Positions 37,683 to 50,250 of a DNA stretch of 64,000 bases are shown here, piece after piece. The notes under the pieces were generated by a model, which was given only the letters and a program-made list of their open reading frames with translations, was not told the origin of the DNA and made no database searches. This DNA comes from Raja brachyura (lineage: Eukaryota): assembly GCA_963514005.1 (NCBI GenBank), contig OY740791.1, forward strand, positions 51,026,001 to 51,090,000, in the 5' to 3' direction. A program made the position numbers and the translations under genes. Within the stretch, counting starts at the first letter, position 1. Every line of letters begins with the position of its first letter.

Positions 37683-38322
37683 CCCTCCGCTCCCAACCCT
37701 CTATCATAAGCTCAACTGGTATATTCGAGTTCTTTAATCTTACTATCTTCAGTCATTGTTGTTATCTGTGATTCCACACCGCTGCTTTGAAGAATGTCGC
37801 GCATGCGTGCTGGCGGGGTCTTCACAAATCCCTCATTGCAACTCCTCTTAAAATAAAGATCAAACTTCGAACTGGTAAGTTCTTGTTTAATCTTACTAAT
37901 TTACATCACCTTTAGAGGACAATCTTCTGCAGTGATAGCAATAAGGACCTTATCGAGTTTCTGGCAAACCTAGACATAAATGCTTTTCGGGGTCATCAGC
38001 TGATTCATACTAACCTCTCGTCTTGATGTTTCTTGTGAGGAGATGAAATGAATTTCTTCAGTCTGAAGAAGGGTCCTGACCCGAAACGTCATCTATCCAT
38101 TTTCTCCAGAGATGCTGCCCGACCCCGTTGAGTTACTCCAGATCTTGCATCTTGCATCTGTCTGCAGCACTCATTCAGTGGGGATGCTCGTGAGTTTTGG
38201 CTAATCAATAGCCAGGGTTGGGCTTGGTGTAGGTGTTGTCCATGCAGCACTTGGTGCATGAAACAGAAGCAGAAAATGCTGAAAAAACTCAGCAACACAA
38301 GCAGCAGCTGCGGAAAGAGAAA

Positions 38323-38380
38323 CGATACGATACGATACGATGCGGTGCGTTACGATCCAATGCGATGTGATACAATATGA
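38323..38380 (+). repeat. (GATAC)n degenerate pentanucleotide repeat
   Basis: cgatacgatacgatacgatgcg...; precedes a tttatttat signal, probably a retroelement tail. Confidence 0.8.
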
Positions 38381-39392
38381 TAGAACTTTATTTATCCCAA
38401 GTGGGAAATTGACCTACCAACAATGATCATAGAGTCATAAAGTGTGGAAACAGGCCCTTTGGCCCAACATGCCAACACCAACCAACATGTCCCATCTACA
38501 GTAGTCCCACTTGTCTGCATTTGGCCAATACCCCAAGATCCAAGAACCCCTCAAAACCTGACCTATCCATGAACCTGTATAATTGCTTCTTAAACTTTGT
38601 GATAGTCCCTGCCTCAACTACCTCCTAAGGCAGCTTGTTCCATACACCCAGCAATTATGTTAACAACTGGTATATCTTCATGTTCTCCCTTTCATAATTC
38701 ACAGGAGCAGAATTAGGCCAATCAGCCCACTGAGTCTACTCCACCATTCAAACATAGCTGATCTATCTTTCCCTCTGAACCCCATTCTCCTGCCCTCCCC
38801 ATCACCCTGGCACCTTTTATTAGCCTCTTCCCATCTCTCATTGTATTTTGCCTATTTTTTTACTTGAATGACTCATCAGACATTTAACAAAAAAGTCTTG
38901 TTTTGTTTCATGATATTCACTGTCTCCCTGGTCATCCTGTGAGCTTTGGTTATTTGACTCATTCCTTTTGTGGAAATACCTAGTCCAACCCTAAAAAAAC
39001 TTTTATTTAAAAAGATATTGCATTGTTCTATTGGAATACCCTTTTCCATCTTTACTTTTATTTTATCCATCCGACCCTTTCATGTTAACAATTTCCATTT
39101 TAAAGGCACTGCTTCAAACTGTATCTTGCTCTTCTCTATTGCAAAGCTAAATCTTGTGATGCTGTGATCACCATTAACCAACATCAGTCACTGACACATG
39201 GCCCATACCAGGAATGAGTAGGTTAACCTATTATGAATGTTTGTCGGCACTGGGCATGTACTTGCTGGTGTTTAGAAGGATGATGGGGGATCTCATTGAA
39301 ACATACAGAGTAGTGAAAAGGCTTGGATAGAGCAGATGTGGAGAGGATGTTACCACTAGTGGGAGAGTCTAGGACTAGAGGTCATATCCTCA

Positions 39393-39706
39393 TCTCTTCA
39401 CCAGATAAAAACTGTCCAGAGTCTGACCTCTCCAGGGGAGCATGGGTGAAGCTCAAAGGACTTCGTACTGGAGTTGGGCATTTCAATAACCAACATGTGG
39501 AGATGGGGACTCCGTCAGAGCCCAGCCTGTGAATGTGGAGCAGAACAACAAAGAGGCAACCATGTCATCTCTGGGTGCCCGCTCTACCACCCACTAAATG
39601 GAACTCAGGGCCTGGCAAACATTGACGCAGAGACAACAACCTGGCTGCTCAACACCCGGCTTGAGATCTAACTATTCCTTTGGTTTATGTTTCGTTCACA
39701 AAAAGA
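39393..39706 (+). mobile_element. RTE-clade LINE 3' fragment inserted in a CR1 remnant
   Basis: LRTGVG...RWG..SPACECG...HVISGCP zinc knuckle; 14-bp TSD aggtcatatcctca (39379-39392 / 39707-39720). Confidence 0.8.
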
Positions 39707-40720
39707 AGGTCATATCCTCAGAATTAAAGGACATTCTTTTAGGAAGAAGATGAGGAGACATTTTGAATTAAAAGTTCTAATAGAAACTGACTATGGGTGT
39801 TCTTTGTAAGGAGTTTATATGTTCTCCCTATGAACGTGTGGGTTTTCTCCGGGTGCTCCGGTTTCCACACACATTCTAAAGAGACGAGGACAAAGCTTGG
39901 TGAATGATAGGTGGATACTAATGAGGGGAGGGGGGGATTTGATAGGCAGATGATTGTAGGTAGACAAGAGATGAAATGACAAAAGGTGTGGGATAAGGAC
40001 AGAAGGGTATGAATTGTGGAGCCAGAGTTAAGCACATAGGTGGAAAGGAAGGCAAAAGTGTAATGTTTTTTGTAAACCAGCATCTGCAGTTCCTCGTGTC
40101 CACTCACTTATTATTTATATTGCTGTACCATAACCACCCTGGACTTATATTAAATGTTCTCATTAATGAAGGAAAGTATCTCAAATGCCTACTTTGCATT
40201 GCTACATTCAGAGATCTATAGACATACATCAAGGTCCCTCTGTCCCGCAGTATTCCCTGGAATCCTACAATTTATTGTGCATATGCTGTCCTTATTAGTT
40301 CTCCAAAATGTTATTACCACACACTTATCATGTTAAATTACATGTGCAATGATTCTGCCTTTTTTATCAACTGATCAAGATCATTACTGATTCTCACAAT
40401 CAGTAATAATATCAATTTTTGTGTAATCTGCAGACTTACTAATCATACCTCCCACACTTACATCAAAATCATGAATGTATATAACCGACATCAAGTACCC
40501 CAGCACTAATCCATGTGGTACACTTCTGATCACAGACTTCCAATTGTAAAATAGGATCTTCTACCATAATCTTCCTGCCTCCTATCATCAAGCCAATTTT
40601 GTCAAGTTGCCTTGATTCCATGGACTTTAAACTTTTGGATCAATTTTCCATGTTGCATCTTGTCAAAGGCCTTACTGAGCTCTCTGTAGAAAACATCAAA
40701 CTACACTACCATTATTACAT

Positions 40721-40845
40721 GTTTAAGAAAGAACTGCAGATGCTGGAAAAATCGAAGGTAGACAAAAATGCTGGAGAAACTCAGCTGGTGAGGCAGCATC
40801 TATGCCTCACCCGCTGAGTGTCTCCAGCATTTTTGTCTACCTCCA
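40721..40845. mobile_element. Palindromic Penelope terminal fragment
   Basis: Inverted arms; 10-bp TSD attattacat. Confidence 0.75.
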
Positions 40846-41266
40846 ATTATTACATAGTCACTTAGTTATCCCCTTGGAAAATCCAATCATAATAATTGAA
40901 CTGGACCTCCCTTTAACAGAACTATACTGATCTGTCCTAGCCTCTCCAACCGCAGACTAAACCTGCCACACGGAACGTTTTCCACTAATCAGTACGAGTA
41001 TGGAAAGTGTATATACACATTCTACGCTAATGTCAGACTCTAATTACCTGTAAAGAAATTGGTGATTTAATCTTGCATTTCAATGAATTATGCTTTGCCA
41101 CCTGCTTAGTCTATTAGTTTTGGCTCATTTGGGAAGCAGCACATTAGCCTGTTTATCCCTGTTGTTCTTCGTGAATATAAGTACCACAAACACTCTCCCC
41201 CAGTCAACTGGCATCTCTTTTGAGGGAAGAGCGGCACAGTGGCGCAGTGGTAGAGTTGCTGCCTTA

Positions 41267-41790
41267 AGGGCCTGTCCCACTTGGGCGACCTAATCCGTGA
41301 GTTCTGGCGAGTTTGCCCTTGACTCATACCCGCAGCATGGTCGACACGAGGTCATAGGAGATCTTTGTAACTCTCCTTCATGCTCAAGAGTGGTCTCTGC
41401 GTACACTTGGCCTCAGCTAGGTCGCGACGTTTTATTCAATATGTTAAAAAATGCCCGCGAGTAAAATAAGGTCGCCATGGAAAAAATCTATACTTTTATT
41501 TTACTCGTAGGTTTAGTCGTGATAGGTTGCAGTAGGTCATAGTAGATCGTAGTAGGTCGGCATGTTACTCGTAGGTAATCGAGGGTAGTCGAAGGTAGTC
41601 GAGGGTAGTCGTAGACAGTCTTCATCATAGTCGAAGGGAGGTCGAAGGGACATCGAAGGAGATCGAAGGAGGTCGTCTTCACTCTCTATTTGGTGTCCAA
41701 TTTTCCCGAAGTTAGTCATAGCTAGTTGAAGCTAGTCTTCAACATAGTCGAAGGAGGTCTTCAACGTCATTTTTTCAAACTCTTCTACCT
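41267..41790. mobile_element. Truncated Harbinger-like element with internal (gtagtcga)n-type repeats
   Basis: tta|agggcctgtcccactt inserted in a SINE head; no right TIR found. Confidence 0.7.
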
Positions 41791-44700
41791 GGTTTTGCTG
41801 TTTGTCTTTCTGACTCTCAACTGAATCAAAACATTTTATTAGATGGCACTGCTTAATTCATACAAATAAAATATCAAATCACCATTTAGATGCCCCTTTC
41901 GTTCATAAGCTCAGAAGCTACAGGAGCAGAATTAGGCCATTCGGCCCATCAAATCTACTCTGCCATTCAATCATGGCTGATCTATCCTTCCCTCTCAACC
42001 CCATTCTCCTGCTACAGGTCTTCTCCACATAACTCATGACACCTGTACTAATCAAGAATTTGTCAATTTCGACCTTAAAAATATCCATCGACTTGGCCTC
42101 CACCGCCACCCGTAACAATGAATTCCATAGATTCACCACCTTCTGAACAAAGAAATTCTGCCTCATCTCATTTCTAAAGGTACATCCTTTTATTCTGAGG
42201 AGATATTTCCATTGAGTAGACCCCCCACCCCCTTCAAAAGCAATTTACCATGAAAATGAAACTTCAAGTGAAGACCTGATCACTGGTCAACAACCAGAGG
42301 TTGTCTGATACCTCTGCTCTCAGTGGCTTTCCAAATTAGAGTGTGGTTTCTGCCCAACAGAACCAGAATTGACTTGATCTTCGGTGCATGTCACTACCAA
42401 GAAATATGCAGAGAGCACTACGAACCAATGAATATAGTCTTTCTCAACCCCCTCCAAATCCTTTGACTCAGTCAGAATGGAGTGTGAAACACCATTGTGG
42501 TATGCAAGCTGTGATATTAATCAATAGGTCTACACCAAAAGCATTCTAATGAAAAGCAGTGTCAAGCTAGCCTCTATCATTAGTAGAAACAACAACCTGC
42601 AGATGCTGTTTGAGACCAAAGGTAGACACAAAGTGCCGGAGTAATTCAACGGGTCAAGCAAAATCTCTGGAGAAAATGAATGGGTGGCGTTTCAGGTCAG
42701 GACCCTTCTTCAGGCTTATCTATCATTCTATCATTGCCACTAACAGCTGTGGTGGCCAAGTCATTGGGTATTTTTTTAAAGTGGAGATTGATAGGTTCAT
42801 GATTTTATAAAGGTTTCAAAGGTTACGGGGAGAAGGCAGGAGAATGGGGATGAGAGGAAAATTAGATCAGCCAAGAACAAATGGAGGAGCAGACTTGATG
42901 GACCAAATGGCCTAATTCTGTTCCTATGACCTATGAAGCTATGAACATATCATCGCTCCAAAGCATTTCTCAATTGCTTCTTTGCAATGAAACATCTCAT
43001 CCCTTACAATGATCCCACAGGAATGGAGAAAATCTTCAGAAATAATGGGGACCTGTTCACCCAAGACAAAGTAAATTCCAGAAATCAAACTTACCCATAC
43101 CTCCATGACAGTGCTGAAGTGTGCAGGCGATGTAAATGAGGAATTGGAAAGATGCAACCAACACTCTCCACCGAATACGCCAAAATCGCTGGGAGAATAA
43201 GTGAACCGACTTTGCAGTATTCTCTCTCAGGCCACCATCTTTAAGACTCTAGTCATCCTCAACCTTTTACATTGGGCAGGCTGTAGAATTTGTATGTACA
43301 ACACTAGACTCCTCAAACCAATAGGCGTTTCCATGCTCTGTCATGGGAAGAGAATACTAGGTCGGCAATGAAAATGAATTAAGTATGAGGTCAATATTTA
43401 CTTGGAGAACTACGGCATGACCACTGACTCCTGGGAACCTCTGACCCATGGAAGCCAGTCAGAGGAAAGAAGGAGGTATTGAGTTGCTCAAAGCCAAGTA
43501 TTGAGAGCACACAGAGGTCTTGCACAAGAGGTTGAAGAGTCTGCAGTTTCTATGTTCGCCTCATTAGCCATTTCAGAACCTGGAATCGAAACAAGTCATC
43601 ATCAGCCCTGAGGGACTGTCTAAGTACACGTGGCAAGTCTTAGGTCAAACCTCTTCGACAGCAGAAGCACCACATCGGAGAGAGATATGAGGCAGCAAAT
43701 CTCATTAGTGGAGACACAAGAAGTGGTTAGACTTGCTTCTCTCGCACTGAGATTTCCACAATGTTTCTTATAAATCATTTCATCCAAATGTTCTCACATT
43801 CTGCACGCAAATACAGTGTATTTATGTTCGTAAATTGAAGAAGACATGAAATATAAATAAGGCATCAACCTTGGAGATTCCAGAGTTTATTTTTGAGAAT
43901 AGATAAAGTGTTTAACTGAAAGGTAAATGAAAAATTTGCATTAATGGAAGGTAGTCTTTGTGTTTGAAATGTAAGCAGAGATTCATAATAAAATGTGTCT
44001 TTCTGAAACTCTATCTCACTCTGTCCCTTCTTGTTTCCTTCTCCATCACAATCCAATTACAATGACAAGTTATCCTTCTCCTTAATTGTGCCTTCCCACG
44101 CCTAATCCCAAGATACACTCATTGTTCCCCAGCTTGATCCATTTAAACAACTTTATTCGCCATCGCATAGCCGCCCACCCAGAATCATACAACAAGCAAT
44201 TTCCTCCCCAAAAATGCAAATCGCAGGGATCTTGAAGTGAAAGGTGGATTTGGTAGGAGGACAGGTACCTGGCACTTAGTACCTCCATTTCCATTTATCT
44301 TTACAACGAGATGGTTAACAGTTTTGCTAACCTGCACAAATGATAGCACAAGCCATTGATGCAGATGCGCCTCCTCAGTGTATGAAGTCATCTCTTGTCA
44401 CCTAATGATGAGTTTCATAAGCAAGATTCAATTAAAAAGGAAAGAAGGAAAAAAAACATGTTCCGCTGAGTATTATTCAAAGGCAGGAGAGTCAATCAAT
44501 CTCTCAGCTAGTTTGCGTGAACTTTATTTGTCTGCGCTTGAAAAATTATATTTTTTTCACTCTCTCCATTGCTGTGAAGTTATTATCACTTTTGAATCAA
44601 GAATCATGCTGTATTATTCCTATGTGAAGCTTTAGCATTTAAATGCTGAATTTTATAGCAACAGAATGAAAAAAGCAGGGGGGTTTTTCTGTGTCATATC

Positions 44701-47700
44701 CATCTTCCTGCTTTTTTGTGCTGAAGAAGAAAATGGAGACAGGCTTTTGGCTGTAAATAATGAGAGGGGGAATGTAAGAGGAAAATAATCAATGTCAAGA
44801 CCCTGAATCACATTGATGTACATTGAACAACATTACCCTCTCCATGTCACCTGCCACCAACACGTTGGGAGTGTTGTCGAAAGAAGGGTCTGAAGAAAGT
44901 CTGACCCAACCCAAAATGTCACCCATCCATGTTCTCCAGGGATGCTGCTTGACCAGTTGAGTTACACCAGCACTTTGTGTTCTTTTCTGGGAGTCCCCAC
45001 TGACCAGAAACACAACTGAATGGACACAGGAAGAGAAATGAAAAACTTGTATGTTTCTGTTCATAGAGGCGTACTGCATAGTAACAGGCACTTCAGTCTA
45101 CCATGGCCATGCCAGCTATCAAATAGCCATCTATGCTCATTCCACTTAGCAGCTGTTCAGTTCAGTTTAGAGATACGGCACGGAAACAGGCCCTTTGGCC
45201 CATTGAGTCCGCACCGACCTGCAATCCTCGTACACGAGCACTATCCGACACACTAGGGATAATTTATAACCTTTTACTAAAGTCAATTAACCTACAAACC
45301 TGTTAGTCATTGGAATGTGGGAGAAAACCAGTGCAACTAGGGAAAACCCACTCGATCACGGGGAGAAAGTACAAACTTCATACAGACAGCACCCAAAGTC
45401 AGGATTGAATCCGGGTCACTGGTGCTGCAAAGCAGCAACTCTACTACTCTGGCAGTAGGTGTAAAGCCTTCTATAATTAGTTCAGAGTTCTGATGGCTTC
45501 TGGCATCACCATCCATCCAGGCACTATTCCAGATTCTTACTATTTTCTGAGCAAATCATCTTTCTTTAGATCTTTCTTATCCCAAAGCATGACCTCATTC
45601 TGCCATGTAGCACAGTTAACTATTGTCTATCCAATCCATACCCCTCCTCTTTAAGATCACCCATCAGCCTCTTCTGCTCTATAGAAAACAAACCCAGCCT
45701 TACCAGTGTCTCCTCACAATGGAAACGCTCTGCCCCAGGCAACATCCTGGTGAGGACACAAGAGGTGGCACATGGGGGAAACTGGTGGAAAAATAACAAA
45801 CTGCAAGAGGAACTCATTGGTTTGAGCAGCATGTGCGGAGGAAAATGGACAGATGACATTTTAGACTTTGCAGTGCTCTGCTATCTCTACTCAACACTTT
45901 GCACCCTTTGTCTCCAACTCTATCCTCCCCTCGCTCTAGTTAACTAAGGGGAGACAAGACAACCTTTCCTCACAGAGACAGATCCGAGATTAGCTCGATC
46001 CTGATATAATAAACCCCTGTTCCCATCAATAAGGGGAATGCCTAGCTTTTAAACCCAGGGAGGTCATGGGGAGAAGGTACAGACTCCATTCAGACAGCTC
46101 CCGTAGTCAGGATTGAACCCGGTTATCTAGTGCTGTAAGGCAGCAACTCTTCCGCTGCGCCACTGTGCTGCCCAGTGGCCAACACCTGATAAACCCAGGC
46201 ATTCCAGCCAGAGGGGAGACATTGAGAGAAAAAGCAGGACAGAATAGAGGAAGGAAATCAGAAGATATAGAGGAAGAGAGATAAAGTGGTAGCTCCCCTG
46301 CTTGCTGGATTCCCTTGGTTCAGTTTGGAGGAAGACGCTAGAACAAGCCAAAGACCACCAGCACCATATGTGACTAGGACTGAGCTGCTGGAAAAGCCCT
46401 AGACAGTCAGTGCCTCCATGGAGGCCAAGATTGAGTGGCTAGGGCGTGCCTGAGATGCCAGTGCCTCTTTCTAGCTCACAGACAATGGAGGACTGCGCCC
46501 AAAGACAGAGGCAAAGACTGAGCCATCACGATAAGCCTGAGACCTTCAGTGCCACTGCTTTAAGCCCAAAGCTGAGCCACCAGGATAAGCCCGGGACTGC
46601 CAGAGCCTTCTCTCGAAGCAAGGGTGATATGTAGGGAAAAGCCTGTGGTCACCACACCATTGAGGTGCTGGGACAAGCCCGAGATCACCATCGCCTCCAT
46701 GCATATGCCCTGACGACGAGGGCCATTCCCCCCATGCGTACCTGTACTTTCTTGTCACTGTAAATAAATCATTTCGCCTGAATTCACACTACTGCAAGCG
46801 TCAGTGTGGTAATTGCCAAACCCGGCATTATCCCCAACATCGCACTATACTTGAATAAACGTAGTGTCTGTGTAATGTTCTTTCTCCAATCATTGATTCA
46901 AATCCTCGAGAACCCATTTGTCTCATTACGCTTCCATACCTCCATGCTTGAGGTCTAATCACTCTCGCGATCTCCCACCCAGTCCAAGGACAGAGTGGGA
47001 AGTGAGAGTTTCACAGTGGTCATGTGATCCAGTTAGGAGCAGGACTATGTGGATTATATCTGGTGATTCTGGTTAGACAGATCCAACATTGGTGTTTGTA
47101 AGACCTTGATATGTGCAAATTAGTGGCCCATGTTATCAACATTGGAACAATGTTCTTTTAGGAATACATTCTTTTAAGAAGGAGATTAGGAGAAATTTGT
47201 TTAGACAGAGGGTGGTAAATCTGTGGAATTCGTTGAGGCTAAGTCAGTGGAGGCCAAGTCAGTGGATATATTTAAGATAGAGATAGATAGATTCCTGATT
47301 AGTACAGGTGTCAGAGGTTATGGGGAAAAGGCTGGAGAATGGGGTTAGGGTGAGATAGATCAGCCATGGTTGAATGGCAGAGTAGACTTGATGGGCCGAT
47401 TGGCCTAATTCTACTCCTAACACCTGTGACGTAACAACAAGTATTCTCAAGTAGTCACTCCTAATTGACTGCAAAATACTTTGGAATGGCTTGAAGATGT
47501 GAAGGACTACTTACAATATTTTGTTGCGCTCTTAGGACGTGCATTGATTAAAATCAATAAACACCTAACAAAATCAAGTCCCTTGGACATTGCAACTGAA
47601 CATTCTGGTGTTCGAAAGCAATATTATAACATTAATGAACTCCAGGAAAATATTGAACGTGTCTTAAGGTGCAAGTAAATTATCTGACCGTTACTGGAAT

Positions 47701-47984
47701 AAAAAACAAGCGAGCTGAAATGGGCCAGGGCCCAGTTATAGATTTGATGAGCATTTCAAATGGAACAAAGTTGATCAAGAAATACTTATATTTTGAGCCC
47801 GGTGGAATTATTTTGTTATTTTAAGCAGACTTTGAGTTTGAAATGAATACTAATTTGTACAGTTTTAAAAAAGAATTTCACCAAACATTAAGGTTTGGCA
47901 GAAACAAGGAACTGCAGGTGTGTGATTACCAAAAAACAGACACATAGAGCTGGAGTAACACTACGGGTCAGACAGCATCTCAGG

Positions 47985-49105
47985 ATAACATGGTATTGGG
48001 GGTAGAGTGCTGACATGGATAGAAAACTGATTGGCAGACAGGAAACAAAGAGTAGGGATTAACGGGTCGCTTTCAGAATGGCAGGCAGTGACTAGTGGGG
48101 TACTGCAAGGCTCGGTGCTGGGACTGCAGCTATTTACAATATACGTCAATGATTTAGATGAAGGGATTCAAAGTAACATTAGCAAATTTGCAGATGACTC
48201 ACGCTGGGTGGCAGTGTGAACTATGAGGAGGATGTTATGAGAATGTCGGGTGACTTGCACAGGTTGGGTAAGTGGGCAGATGCATGGCAGATGCAGTATA
48301 ATGTGGATAAATGTGAGGATATCCATTTTGGTAGCAAACATAGGAAGGCAGACTATTATCTAAATGGTGTCAAGTTGGGAAAAGGGTAAGTACAATGGAA
48401 TCTGGGGGTCCTTGTTCATCAGTCAATGAAAGTAAGCATGCAGGTACAGCAGGCAGTGAAGAAAGCGAATGGCATGTTGGTCTTTATAACAAGATGAGTT
48501 GAGTATAGGACCAAAGAGGCCCTTCTGCAGTTGTACAGAGCCCTAGTGAGACCACATCTGGAGTATTGTGTGCAGTTTTGGTCCCATAATTTGAGGAAGG
48601 GAGTGCAGCGTAGGTTTACAAGGTTAATTCCCAGAATGGCGGTACTGTCATATGCTGAGAGAATGGAGCGGCTGGGCTTGTATACTCTGGAGTTTAGAAG
48701 GATGAGAGGGGATCTTATTGAAACATATAAGGGTTTATTAAGGGTTTGTCAAGATTATTAAGGGTTTGGACATGTTAGAGGCAGGAAACATGTTCCTGAT
48801 GTTGGGGGAGTCCAGAACCAGGGGGTAAGCCATTTACAATGGAGATGAGGAAACACTTTTTCACACAGAGAGTTGTGAGTCTATGGAATTCTCTGCCTCA
48901 GAGGGTGGTGGAGGCCGGTTCTCTGGATACTTTCAAGCGAGAGCTAGATAGGGCTCTTAAAGATAGCGGAGTCAGGGGATATGGGGCGAAAACAGGAACA
49001 GGGTACTGATTGGGGAAGAACAGGCATGATCACATTGAATGGCGGTGCTGGCTCGAAGGGCCGAATAGCCTACTCCTGCACCTATTGTCTATTGTCTATT
49101 GTCTC
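47985..49105 (+). mobile_element. CR1 LINE RT 3' portion (disrupted)
   Basis: VTSGVLQGSVLG, SKFADD, LVRPHLEYCVQFWS, RGDLIETYK; (ctattgt)n tail. Confidence 0.95.
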
Positions 49106-49229
49106 ATATGTGTAGATTTCGTTTTAGGTCTGAACCCTTCTTGAGAATCAATTAAATTTGGCATATTTTTCAAGAAGTAGGCTGTAGTTTCCTATTGGGC
49201 CTGGATCATATTGCAATTTGGGTTCCCCT

Positions 49230-50250
49230 CTCCCATCATAGATGAGGACCTCGCATGCGTCTCCTCGGTATCCCGCAGCTCCGCTGTTGCTCCCTCTCCA
49301 CCAAGTCATAACAGGGACAGAGTCCCTCTATTCTTCACCTTCCATCCCATCAGCCTCCGCACACTACGCGTAATCATCTGACATTTTTTGCCACCTCCAA
49401 CGGGATCTCACCACTAGCCACATCTTTCCATATGCACCCTTTTCCGATTTCTGCATAGACTGGTCCCTTCGCAACTCCCTGGTTAATTAATCCATTCCCA
49501 CCCAAATCACCCCCTGCCCAGATACTTCCCCATGGAACTGCAGGAGATGTAACACCTATCCCTAAACCTCTTCCCTCAACTCCATACAAGGACCCTGACA
49601 GTCTTTTCAGGCAAGGCAGAGGTTCACTTGCACTTCCTCCAAGCTTATCTGCTGTATCAGCTGTTCCAGGTGTGGACTGCAATATATCAGTGAGACCAAG
49701 CGCAGACTCGGAGATTGTTTCACTGAATACCTTTGCTCAATCCGCCTAGGCCTACACTATCTGCCATTTGCTAAACACTTTATTCCCCCTCCCATTTCCA
49801 CACTGACCTTTCTATCTTGGGCCTCCTCCACTGTCAGAGTGTGGGCAAATGCAAATTGGAGGAACAGCACCTCATATTTCGGCATCATACCCAGTGGTAT
49901 GAATACTGATTTCCCTAACTTCAAGTAACCCCTGCTTTTCCTCTCTTTCCAGCCCTCCCCCACCATAGATCTCCAACTAGTTTCACTGTCCTCCTGATTA
50001 ATTTAACTGTTTGTATGCCTAGTTGTCACCCTCCTCTCAGCCAACAATGAACCATTTTACATTTCTTTGAGCGTTATCTGCAGGAGATGACGTTATCTGA
50101 CGTTTTCACAACTTACCCTTCTAAATCTCCAATATCCCTCTCCCCTGACTCGGTCTAAAGTAGGGTCTCGACCCAAAACATAGATGCTACCTGCCCCACT
50201 GAGTTACTCCAACAATCTGTGTCTATCATCAGTGTAAACCAACACCTGCA
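49230..50250 (+). mobile_element. Penelope-like element fragment with degenerate GIY-YIG endonuclease
   Basis: RVPLFFTFHP; RFTCTSSKLICCISCSRCGLQYISETKRRLGDCFTEYL; terminal repeat follows; inverted piece at 50330-50630. Confidence 0.8.

Larger units (their letters stand above)
32537..37897 (+). mobile_element. Full-length DIRS1-type tyrosine-recombinase retrotransposon (inactivated)
   Basis: ITRs 32567-32598 / 37794-37825; ICR 37570-37682 complementary to both termini; gag-like, RT-RH-MT and YR ORFs. Confidence 0.95.
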
